This document shows, in pieces, positions 24,501 to 35,761 of a stretch of DNA of 64,000 nt. The translations under genes were made by a program, and so were the position numbers. The stretch lies in NCBI GenBank assembly GCA_043228905.1, contig JBHGNT010000006.1, forward strand, positions 11,656,001 to 11,720,000, given 5' to 3'. This DNA comes from Azolla caroliniana. Lineage: Eukaryota > Plantae > Polypodiophyta. The first letter of the stretch is position 1. Each line of letters opens with the position of its first letter. Under the pieces are notes generated by a model, which did no database searches, was not told the DNA's origin, and was given only the letters and a program-made list of their open reading frames with translations.

Positions 24501-27154
24501 AATGTGCATGTATGAAATGGAGCCGAATATCCTTACATGGGATAGATCCGGCTTCTTCCCATAGTATTTCTCGTGCGGGGTGACCTCGTGCACTCCGGAT
24601 GTTGTGCACCGGTTCATGAGGTAGACGACAGTATTTGCAGCTTCTGCCCAATATGACTTGGGCATATGCTTCTCATTTAGCATGGCCCTTGCTACTTCGA
24701 GGATGTGCCGATTCTTGTGTTCGGTTACACCGTTATGTTGTGGTGTGTGTCGTCAAGTGAATTCTTGTTGAATTCCTTCTTGTCGAAGGTATGCCGTGAA
24801 CGCATCGGAGAAGTATTCCTTTCCTCCGTCTGACCGAAGACATCGTACATGATGCCCAGTTGTCTTTTCGACTTCGCTTTTGAATTTTTGGAAGTGTGTA
24901 AACACTTCGCTCTTCATCCTCATGGGAAAGATCCATGTGTATCTAGAGAAGTCGTCGATGAAGGTAACATAGTACCGACATCCTCCGAACGTAGCCGTCT
25001 ATGCCGGTCCCCACACATCCGAGTGGACTACGTCCAATAGGCCTTTGCTCACGTTCCTCTCCTTCGGGAACGGGTGTCGATGTTGCTTGCCGAATTGGCA
25101 TGCTTCACATACTCCTTCAATCTCTTTCTCTTTGAAAGTCGGGAGCCCAATGATGACTCCTTTCGATTGCATCGCCTTGAGTTTGTTGAGATTGATATGG
25201 CCGATTCTTTTATGCCATAGCTCTATGTCGGTGTTGTGTTTGAGGCCCTTTGCAAACATGGGTGATTTTACCTCGTTCGCTTCGAGGATAAACATTTGGC
25301 CTTCCCTTCGACCACGAGCAATTAGTCAACCTTCCTTCTCGATGAAGCAACCTCCTTGGTTGAATCGAACTTCCATCCCTTGCTCCACAATTTGGCCGAC
25401 CGAGACCAAATTCTTCGTTATGGTGGGTACATGTAAGACATTTTTTATGCAAGTTTGTTCACCTTCTTTCCCGAATGGGACATTGCCGACATGCCGAATC
25501 TGATGAGTGGTGTCGTCTCCGGTCTCAACATAACCGGGTCAATCCGGCTCTCAAAGGTCTTTGAACCATTCTTGATGGGACGTCATATGGTTCGAAGCAC
25601 CGGAGTCGAAGAACCATACATCTTCCGGATTGGAGGCATTAGTCGAAGTAGAGGCCGACATAGGATTTTCTCTATGTCTCATTACAAACATCCGCCATGA
25701 TCTTCATAGTCAGAGTTGGTGGCGTAATTGATGAGTTGTCAGCTTGTGGAAGTCGACTCGCGCTTATTCTTTCGGCACTCTTCTTCATGGTGGCCGATTT
25801 TTCCGCAATAACCGCATTCGATCGAATTTTGTCGACTCGAATTGGAATGGAAGCTCCCCCTTGTTCCGAAGGTTACTCGATGGTTTTCGTCTTGTTGCCG
25901 AATTTGGGAGTTGTTGTCGTAAGTCGAACCTCGTCCACCGCCTCGTCCTTGGCCGAATTGGCCTCTTGCTCGGCCACGTCCTCTTCCTCCATTCAAATGT
26001 GTGTAGAGCATGTGGCCTTCCGAGGTGTTGCTCCTTGTTCGAACATGATTCTCTTCAACCAATAACATAGATTGAAGGTCAAAGAAAGAGGGAGGATTCT
26101 CCCTTCCCTAGGAGGACGGTTCTCATCGAGCCGAACCATGGTGCAAGGCCGCCGAGGCATATTTGCACCATCTCATCATCATCCACATTGACGCTTATTG
26201 AGACGAGCGAGTCACAGAGCTCCTTAATCCTCAAGGCATAGCTTGTGATGGGCATGTCCCATTGTTGGATGTTGTTCAACTCTTGGTGGAGTTGAAGCTT
26301 CCTTGCGGTCGTGTTGGCAGCGAAAATCTTTCGTAGATTTTCCCACGCTTCCTTCGGCGTCTTGGCTTCTCGAATGTAACCGAGCATGTGGCCATGAACA
26401 CATGTCGCCAAGCAATACATTACTCGACTCGCCGCTTGCTCCCATGTTGAGTAGTCGGCGTCTTCCGGGTCGGGTCGGTTTTCTTGTGCTCCCTTGATGT
26501 AACCCCAATAGCCTTGGTCGACAGGGTATTGGTGCATCTTGTACTCCCAAGCTGCGAAGTTGTTTCGGTCCAACTTCTCGCTAGGGAGAGCGCTCCCCAT
26601 TTGAGTATTCATGGAGTTCGGTGTAGATTTCTTCCTTCTTCTTCTCTCTTGAATATGAGCTATGTAGTCACACTACGATAGTGATGAGCCGGTTCTTCTT
26701 GAACGTCGGCGTAGAGCTCAACACACGTGGATGGGCTAGATGGAGCTACCAGATCGCTCTGATACCATGTAAAGAATCAGTGGTGATTCTTGTGCAGCGG
26801 AATAGACTAGAGATATGTGTTGTGAGTGTGTGTATGAGAGAGAGAGAGAGAAACACGCGATAGATAGATTTTTAACAAGAATAGAATACTCAAGTCAATG
26901 TATATTACAAAGGAGATTAACCAAACTTCTTACAAAGTAGGAGGAGAGTGCTTTATGTAGTCACTCTCTCTCTTCATTAACTACCGAAGCTCATGGGTCA
27001 TGGGGAATGTGAAAGCTCATTAGTTATGTGTCATAGAATATGATTCTATGACACATAGTTAATGTGTAGATAAGAGTGGTGACTTTTGGCCTTTGAGTGC
27101 ACACTCTCAAGGGTGTGTTCACACACTAGACTAGGTTGAGCTTGATTCTCAACA
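21510..27154 (-). mobile_element. Ty1/copia element D (B-like family) inserted in the 3' LTR of A
   Basis: LTRs 26768-27154 and 21510-21900, perfect TSD tgtct, Met PBS gctctgatacca 26756-26767. Broken gag-pol ORFs (21895-26612) are similar to B. Confidence 0.95.
23947..24395. mobile_element. Solo LTR E inserted in pol of D
   Basis: 449 bp with TGTT...AACA ends and TSD ccgag/ctgag. Removing it restores the sequence colinear with element B (cgagtcttccgag|tagaggggtt). Confidence 0.85.
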
Positions 27155-28156
27155 TGTCTCTTTACTTGTGTTTTCTTCATTCTCGTTTTTTTGTCTATGC
27201 ATTATACAAGCAACCAGTCGCAACCGGTTCCGATCCTAACACCCAGGTGGTTGAGCAAGAAGAGGACATGGAAGTAGGTCCCCAAAAGGCCTTAGAATGA
27301 GAGCTTAAGATCAAAATAGTTGAGCAAGAGACTAAGGTGGAAGGACCCCCCCTAAGAACCAGAAAACACGATTGAGAACGAGACAAAGGCGGACACTATC
27401 AAGTTGGTTGAGCAAGAAGAGAAACATAGATCCCAAAGAACCTTGGAACAAGAACTCGAGATCAAGGTGGAGGAACAAGAGGTGAAATTGGAGGGATCCC
27501 CCCAAGGAACCATTGTTGAGCAGACAAGCTCAACATGATCCGGATCCGCTGAATAAGCCAGTGCCGGATCGGTATCCGAAACGAAGGGATGTATCGGTGT
27601 CCAAATCTTCGTGTAATCGGTAGGCCATTACAGGCCTACGATCCTAGCCTAGTAATTAGGAATATTTTTAGGAGTCAGTGTCAATAGCTCGGTATGAGCA
27701 TTGAAGTACATGTTAGTACTTATGTCAGTCCTTTTAAGGACTTGTATAAAAGTGCTCACTGAGCACATTGTATGCACATAGTGTTTATTATTTTTGAAAT
27801 TGAGTTTACATTCTACTCTCTCTGTCTCTCCCGCGTATTGTGTATTCTCAAGCTTTCCATTAAACCTTATCTCGGTTTTCTATTGCTATCTGGCTGAGCC
27901 GGTTTGTTTAAGCTTTCGTACATTAACTTTCACATGGTATCCGAGCGCGAGGGTTAAAAATCCTCTACTGCCGGCAGAAAGCCCTGGATAGACGAAAACC
28001 TAATTTCCAGTAAAGAACAGATAGAAGAAGGAAATGGACAGAGGAATGGTTAGCTCGCTTTTGACGGAGAAGCTCGATAGAAGCAACTATGCATCTTGGT
28101 CCTACAAGATGCACCAGTACCTATTGGCGCACAATTACTAGAGTTATGTTGAAGAA

Positions 28157-28191
28157 CACCGGGTCATTTGAAACAGGTAATATGTCGCATT
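28157..28191 (+). repeat. Left terminal inverted repeat
   Basis: caccgggtcatttgaaacaggtaatatgtcgcatt. Confidence 0.95.
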
Positions 28192-28481
28192 ATGAGAACA
28201 CTACGTCGAAAAAGGGCACAAAAGCACGCAGTTTTCAAAAAGACACGACGCATGCGTAAAGCTTTTCAAAAAAGGTGGCAAAATATATTGAATTTCAACA
28301 TGACTACCACTTTGAGTCATAAGTAAAATGCCTCCAAAAATACATCACCAAAATTACAAAATAATGTACAACATGTCTACCAGTTACAATTATACATATT
28401 CGTGAGTTTACATCCAAAACAAATTTACAAAGTTTCCGATCATGTAGTAAAACAATCCCCAGCTTGAACCAAACCAATATA

Positions 28482-31154
28482 TTAAGACATGTCTGATGGA
28501 CTAGAAGAGCATTCTGACGTCTCATCCTCATCATCAGTGGCAATCAAAGCATTATCCTCATCCAATTCCAACCCAACATCTTTGTGGTTATGAGAATTGC
28601 TTCTGGTTATTCTCTGTATTTCGTTTGACACCATGTTTGGGATTTTCTCCTTTATTATCTTGATAGTTGCTTGTCTTAGATGACCTGATTTTGTCAATGA
28701 GAAGTCATATACTAGTATGTCAACACGGTCTAGTGCGAGAGTAGCCGTGCTCGGTATATACTTTCTTCTTCTCTTTCTGCTTGAACATCCGACATCCTTA
28801 ACCATCTCTAAAGAATACTTTCCTGTAAATGCATCAGTTGAATTTGTCTGATACCAATGGACTACTATTGACTTTGTCTGACTACTTTCTTCATCCCTTA
28901 CTAATTCAATAATTTTTGCAATCCAAAATGGATGGCCCAAGGTATCGTCCCCTGCTAATGTTGCAACCAACATTCCCACTTGTAGTTCTTGCAAATTCCC
29001 TTGCCATCTTGCCTCAACAGTACGTGACTTTCTTGGTCCCACATAAATATCTCTTTGCAGTGGCCGAACTAAATCATGAAGCTCCATATTATTCGATTGT
29101 TGGTGATGAGTCTGTGATATCATTGATGTCATCCCAATGTTCCATGTGAATGGGATACGGATTGGCCATAAACCGGCGATGTAATAATCTAAAATGGTGC
29201 GTTGATGGGTGAAGAAAATCTCCCACCATTCAACATCCTCATCACCGGCATACTTCTTAGTCCGAACAATATTATTTTGTTTCTCTACTAGACATCTCAA
29301 CCAATATGCCCTTTGTTCATCAATAGTACTATTTGGTGCTACATTTTTACGATCATCATATGGCATTTGTTGTGCACCATGTAGAGGTTCATCTGGGATA
29401 TGAAGAAGGAGCCTACAACCTTCTTGGGGCTCCCATTGTGCACTAGATGAGTATTGTTTCGCAAACAACACCGTCATCTTCAGGTGGGCCGATCTTTGTT
29501 TTATGAGGAAGACATGGTTGAAACTTATATTATTAAGAGGTGCAAGCACCCTACCTTTAGTCCCGTCACTATCCATGCAGAAACGTTTAAAGTCGTATAC
29601 TTCTTCCAAGTGTTGTACTTCAGGCTTTGGTGTATATGTTTCACTAATCAATTTGGATAGCGTGGGAAGTGTGAAAGCATTACAGCGAGCAAGTTTCTTT
29701 GAGAACCTACTGAACATTTGATCAATGTGATCATGGGTATGACCAACCAACAAGAAGTTAACCCTTATCTTTTTAAATATGCCCCTCTCTACTAGCATGC
29801 TTAGATAGCCGAAGACAGTTGAGTTCTTATTCTCTCTTGCTGTGTTGTCTAGTTGCACATATAGAACTTGCGGGAGTATACCTGACCATGATTGCAATAC
29901 CCTGTGCATGACAGTGACAGTAAGATTAGGGTCGTTGTGGATATTGGGATAAGTTAAGAACACTTGCGGTCTTATAGTTTGACAGTATGTCAAACAACCC
30001 ACTAGATGCATTTGCATGAGACACTCATCTCCAATATCCTTGAGGAGTCTTTGAAAATGCGGCAAACAAGTTTTCTTTTGATCCATGCCGTCAATAATCA
30101 TGCACATATACTTTTCGGGAGATTGAAACGCTTTTTGTCGGTGATGCATAGCCTTAGTACGTTCCAATGCCTGACTTTCATGATGTTCTTTTAACAGGTT
30201 CTTGTAATTCTTGATCTCTACATCTGATTTTCCACCCTTGGCCATACTTTTTAAACTCGCACATATTGAGCAGACTCCCATTCGCACCTTTCGTGGGATA
30301 ACCACGTTATTAAATTGTAACCTCCATAGTCGATTAAAATGCCTGTACTGTATGTAAGGCTCAACATCGGAAGACATGTCGTCCTTGTACGATTGGTAAA
30401 CTTCCCTTCGAGTAAAGTTATCTGACAAATGAAGTCTTCCTGTCGTTGGCATAACTTCGCACTATTTTGAAAAATATACCTCCATCCACCTAATTGCCTG
30501 TTGCCCAATTTGACCCTTACATCCAGAACCATTTTGATCGAACTGTACCCAGGAGCCCTTCACAAGTCGCTCTTGAACTCGTTGCAGCCGCATATTTCCA
30601 ATGCTATGAGTGATTTTAAAAGCTGCTCGACAACACTTGGTATATAGTCCAAGGAAATATTCAACTTGCGTTGAATTAGGCCCTGCTTTGTGATCCAATT
30701 TAAGTTGCATATGCGAAAGAAGAAATGTATCTTGCTCTTCCCCATTAAGCGACAAGTATTTTTGTCGTGTTTCACGTAACCTTGACTTTCCATAAGTTGA
30801 TAGACAGAGATTTGCACAACACGATTTGTTCAAGTCGCATAGAAGTTGACGATCAGAACATAAGAAATTAAATCTCGTTTCACTAACTTGTTGAGGAACT
30901 CTTTTAAATGCTAGAGGTTTAGTAATGTTATTGTTATCTATCGATGAAGAATCGTCCGCTTGTAATCTTGCATGAAGAGGGCCATCAACAGGATCAATTG
31001 AAAACAGAGAATTCGAAGTACTAGGAGCCACACTTTTCTGTTTAAGCCGCGAATGTTTTTTGTGGTCGTACTCTTCTATTGAGAAATACGAGTTGTCTGA
31101 CAATGAAAAGGGGGCAATAGAAAAAAGAGATATTCTACTTGTAGAAGAAGACAT
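28482..31154 (-). CDS. DDE transposase, Sola1-like, ~890 aa, with one premature TAG at 30462-30464
   Basis: ORFs 30462-31154 and 28482-30452 are in the same frame, separated by a single TAG (YFSK*CEVMP). Motifs: Cys-rich N-terminus (SCCANLC, KCCRAAF, CSICASL), IIDGMDQ, LYVQLDNTARENKN, FLLVGHTHDHIDQMFS. Lies between the TIRs. Confidence 0.82.
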
Positions 31155-31364
31155 TTGAGGGAGTCTAACTGTATTCTAAAACCTTCTTTTAAGAAAATTA
31201 AGGAATACTGAAGCCTAACTATATAACTACCCGAACACTTAGATTAACTATATTATTTTCCGAAATTTTCCTAAAAAACAAATAATTAAAAATTATTTTT
31301 TATTTCGAAAAGAATGCTAAAGTCTTCTATATAAGGAGGTTAGAAATTTCATTTTCATTATCAC
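31155..31364. promoter_or_regulatory. Putative compact bidirectional promoter between the two transposon genes
   Basis: 210-bp AT-rich gap between divergent ATGs, with TATA-like ctatataa (~31219, ~31327) and ctatatat (~31248). Confidence 0.45.
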
Positions 31365-34300
31365 ATGAAAGAATCCATCGAGCTCAGAGCACAGGCCAAT
31401 TTTCGAGCACTCAGAAGCACATCGTGGACAGCACTACCTCCGGCACGAACCATGAACACGGGAAAGAAAATCATCAGGTTAGTAATATTCATTACATTTT
31501 TTAAGATTCCTAAAGATTCCTTAAAGATTTCTTTCCTCAACACATAGAAATTTTATTTTATTTTGTACAACGAACTTGGAAAGCAATTCTGAAAGCCAGG
31601 ACCTTCAACCAAAATCTGATGCAGTGCATCGGATTTTGGTTGAAGGTCCTGCCTTTCAACGCAAATCCGATGCACTGCATCGGATTTTGGTTGAAAAAAA
31701 TGTTGTTTTTGCGATAAAAAACTATCGCATGGGACCATAAAATTGACGTAATTTAAATGATAATTTGCGTGATTTAGTTAAAATTGTACGTTGTTTCTAT
31801 GTTTTCACCAACGTTTTTAATTTCAGTGAACCCAGACAAAAAGTTCCTTCATTTAGATTGAAGATTCGATCTCCGACAAAACGAGATTCTGGCTCCTTCA
31901 TGAAGGACACGAGTAAAAAGAATTTATTTGACTCAACGGGGGAAGGAGGATCCAAGTCATCTGTGGCTACTACCAAAATCAACAAAGGTAGTACGCAAGA
32001 GGAGAAAACGGTTGAGGTGAAATATAAGGATTACCCCGAACTTGAATGGTGTCTCTCTTATGTCGAGGAGGATGGGGTGCTGTTATTGATAACGGCAAAA
32101 TCGGACGGGGAAGGGAAACTTCAGCTTGGAAAAACATTTAATTACGGGCATGTAACCAAGCTAGAGTACGAAGACATTGACTCTACAAGTATTTTAATCG
32201 ACGTCTCGAGCTCAGTTGGCAACAGGCGATTGCGACTTGATGAGGGAAACCTAGTACCCGAATCTTGCAATCCCAAGGCTTTGCATAAAGACCTGCAAAC
32301 GAAAAATAACTTGTTGGTAGCTCTTCGGCCGTACGTGACAGGAGAGATGATGACCGGTGAAGCAGAAACTCCACCGAAAAAGTCTAGGAAGACAAATCCT
32401 GTTCAAAAGAAATATACTAAACGACCACGACCCGAAGAAGAAGAAGAAGAAATATTAGAGTTCGTGGAAGAAGAAGACGACCAACAAGTCGACGTTGTGG
32501 CTCCAGGCGGACAACTATCTTCTGGTGTCCTGACGTCAGAACAAAATAAAATAAGAGAAAATATTGTGAAGACTAAACTTGTGCGCAGGGGCCAGCTATT
32601 TCATTTGCCCATTACTTCTATCCAAAGGCCCCCCATTGACCCCGTGACTGGAAGACGTCCCTTGAAAATTAGGGAGCCGCACTCCGTCCATGTGCAAAAC
32701 CTGAAAAGCAAAATGAAAATCAATCCTCACGCTACTGTGGTGCCATTTTTGGTAATGGTTGATCAAGAACAATGCCCAACAGTAGCAGATTTCAAGTATA
32801 GCTCTGTAGACGATTACACATACTATGTAATCGGAGGATCACATTCGGCCGAAGCTCGACGACAACTTGTCAAAGAATATCCTCTCACGCCGTTCTTCAA
32901 ATACGTCGAATGTAAGGTATATGCAGGACTAACTCACGAGGAGGCGAAGCTGCTCGCATGGGACCATAACAATGACAACGATTATAGGCAAAAGATGTCA
33001 TGTATAGAGAGGATAAGATTTTTTCATCATGAATACCTCGATGCCTTGAATCGTTTTGGTCCAAGATTGTGGCCTGGATTGCGACGTCAGTGTTTATTGG
33101 AAGTAGGGATTGCAGTGGATGAGAGTACCAAATCCGAAGGTCTCCGAAAATATGATTCTTGGTTTCAACTAGCTTTTCGGACCGGAGAGGTGTGGGATCT
33201 CCAAGACAAAATATTCTCTATGTGGGAGAGGAAAGAAGTCAAGGGGCAAAGATCAAAAAAGGGAAGAATTGATCCACAAGTTGAGATGAAATCAAAGACC
33301 AAGGGAAAAGGCGACTTGGTAATCGAGGAGTTAGCAGAGGACATGAAACTTTTACCTTGGAGATCATTACAAGGTATCAAAGATGATAGATTGTTAATAT
33401 CTGTGCTATCTCGAGTGGTCGCCAAGGAATTTAGTTTGGACGAGATGGTAACAGACTTGCAAAAGTAAGTGTTTATAGTATACCTTTTCATGAAAGTCTT
33501 CAATGATTTTGAATATCTTATTTCTAATTTCATATTGATTGTGCAATCACAAGGTATACATGAAGATTCAGGAGTTGATGATGCAAAAACTGAGTTTACC
33601 GACATGGGAAGAAGTTGAACAAGCCTGCCCGATAACTTCTTCTTACAAGGCATTGGAGGAATATTTTATTGTATTTAGAGAATGGGTATGTGTCTTTTGA
33701 ATGTTGACATGTTAGAAAGTAATGTTCCCTGCTAACAACAATGACACTTGCAGATACCATCAAAATCGAAAAAGAACAACGACAATAATGACGGTATTCC
33801 AGCGGCCTTCACCACGCACTTAGAACGTGCGAAATATGAGAAGAGAATGACCAAAGGGAAGGAAATGGAACTGCCCGAGGATTCGGAGACTGTAAAGAGT
33901 TTTTTGCATAGGTCTAATCCTTTCAAACAGCTTCATTATAGTGTTTTCAATGGCGAAGTATCCCAGATGCTCGAACTGTTACCAAGAAGGCACTACACTT
34001 TGCTGATAGCTGACATACCATATGGTTTCCGTATTGCAGGATCAACATATGATGATGTGCCTTTCAAGTACCCTCAAATCGAGAAAATGGTAAAGGATTT
34101 CGCAGAACTGACATTGGCCCCCTTGTGGAGGATAGTCATATTTCATAGCATGGGGCAATCACTGTCAGTCACAACAGCTTTGAAGTCCCATTGTCATGCC
34201 ACTGAACACATGCATTGGTGCGTTATAGTTCGCTTTACTCATTACAGTACTTCTTATTATATGTACACATTTACACCTCTAATACTTGATTTTCTTTCTC

Positions 34301-35035
34301 TATAGGATCAAAACAAATATTACACGTAGCCCTGGCGATCGAATGGTTAGTGCGGTCGAACATTTTTGTGTGGGCTACTATGATTCAATTACAAAGAAGA
34401 AGGCTAGAGCACATGTCAATGAGCGTAACGTGGTTAACTACATCATGTGCCCAACTGTAACCAAAAAATTAAGACATGTGTCAGGGGATAAAAGTATGGT
34501 GAACCCTTATCAAAAACCTCAAAGATTGATCAACCGCCTCATAGAGCTCTTCTCGAATCCAGATGATTGGGTCCTAGACTTGTTCTCTGGCACAGGTATA
34601 ATATATATATTTAATTTCAATCATGTCAATCAAGTTTAAGACGTTACTTCTTATATATACTTGTTTGTGTTCATGCGACCATTAGGTACAACGACAACTT
34701 GTGCATTGAAGATGTTTAGAAACTGTGTTGCATTGGAGAAGGACCCTGCTCAAGTTAACTTCATCAAAATGAGGATCACAGGAATCTGGGACTGTCCAGA
34801 TCAGGATCAAGAAGTCGGAGCAAAACACATCAACGAGACAGAGATGTTCCAGATGACTTCACGAGAACCAATGGAACCAATTGATGAAGAAGCAGGGGAG
34901 CTGGTGGACCTAGAAGATGTAGCACAGTTTGACCATACATCAGATTCGGGAGAGCTTGGAGATAACACGAATGAAAACAGTCTAGAACAATCAGTGCCAG
35001 AGCAGCCTGCTCTGCCTGATTTGCTTATAGATTGA
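31365..35035 (+). CDS. ParB-like domain fused to beta-class N6A/N4C DNA methyltransferase, ~997 aa; exons 31365-31477, 31827-33464, 33547-33685, 33754-34217, 34306-34595, 34686-35035
   Basis: Exon phases join into one 2994-nt frame. GT-AG introns, except the intron-2 acceptor reads CAA. ParB-like YVIGGSHSAEA and EEAKLLAWDHNNDNDYRQKMSCIE. MTase motif IV LLIADIPYG (34012-34023) precedes motifs X/I PYQKPQRLINRLIELFSNPDDWVLDLFSGT|GTTTTCA..RNCVALEKD. First exon is the least certain. Confidence 0.85.
31597..31696. repeat. Two adjacent related palindromes in intron 1 of the MTase gene
   Basis: caggaccttcaaccaaaatctgatgca-g-tgcatcggattttggttgaaggtcctg (31597-31651) and tttcaacgcaaatccgatgca-c-tgcatcggattttggttgaaa (~31654-31696). 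Confidence 0.9.
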
Positions 35036-35761
35036 TGTAGATGGTGTAATGTAAAAATTGAGGATTTTGAGGCATAATGTTCACCATCACTTCATATTAT
35101 ATTTGTATATGAGAACATCTGTAATTGTTTATCGTTTAATTAAATTCACCTGTTCATAATTTCCCTTTTTAATCATTATTGGAACCGTTGTTTGTATTTA
35201 CATATAATTGGTCACCATGCTCTTCTTCAGTTTGAGATATTAACATGATATTGTAATTTCTCATTTCTGTTAGCATGACTGTATATGAAAAGGCGAATGT
35301 TTTTTATAATAAGAGATTTTTAGTTACCTACGGTTCAAGTCTACTGGTTCCACATAGTATAAATGAATGTTGTACGTAATTGTTACTCTTACCAATTACA
35401 TTGTCATGAACTATATGACATTATACAATGAAACTATCGATATACCCGTCCAACAAGTGGGGTACTACTTTATTCCTAAACCCAAAACCACATATTTATA
35501 ATTACGGTTTATGTAGTTTTACTCTACAATTTGAATATGGATACCAATTTTAGAACTTTATATTGAACCAAGTCTTCAATTGTGCTCCATGATATGCAAA
35601 TTGACACGAATGTGGACACATATACAATTTAGTAATTGCTAGGTTTTTTTTGTTCTATATTTAACCATCAAGTCGCAAAAGGGGTACGCATGCATCGTAT
35701 ATTTTCGATATCAGGCTAAAATAGGGTACTTTTCTACATCTGGCCAACTATGCCAAAAGAG

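Larger units (their letters stand above)
3868..27241 (+). mobile_element. Ty1/copia element A (degenerate), carrying nested B, C and D
   Basis: 5' LTR 3868-4388 (tgttggga...cctaaca), PBS tagtatcagagc ~4392-4403, PPT gaagggagag ~21068-21077. 3' LTR 21080-27241 is split by D. TSD cccaa/cccag. gag starts at 4405 and resumes at 10151 (FENKNVVN|KVS). Confidence 0.92.

Noticed and set aside
33754-34800. Plant C5 cytosine methyltransferase (CMT/MET1/DRM) or MT-A70 RNA methylase
   Set aside because: No PC/ENV C5 motifs. The DIPY...QKP...DLFSGTGTT order and wording match beta-class DNA amino-MTases rather than the DPPW-type MT-A70 family.
31365-35035. Bacterial or phage contamination as source of the ParB-MTase
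   Set aside because: The gene has phase-compatible spliceosomal introns and lies within TIRs inserted with a TSD into a plant copia gag.
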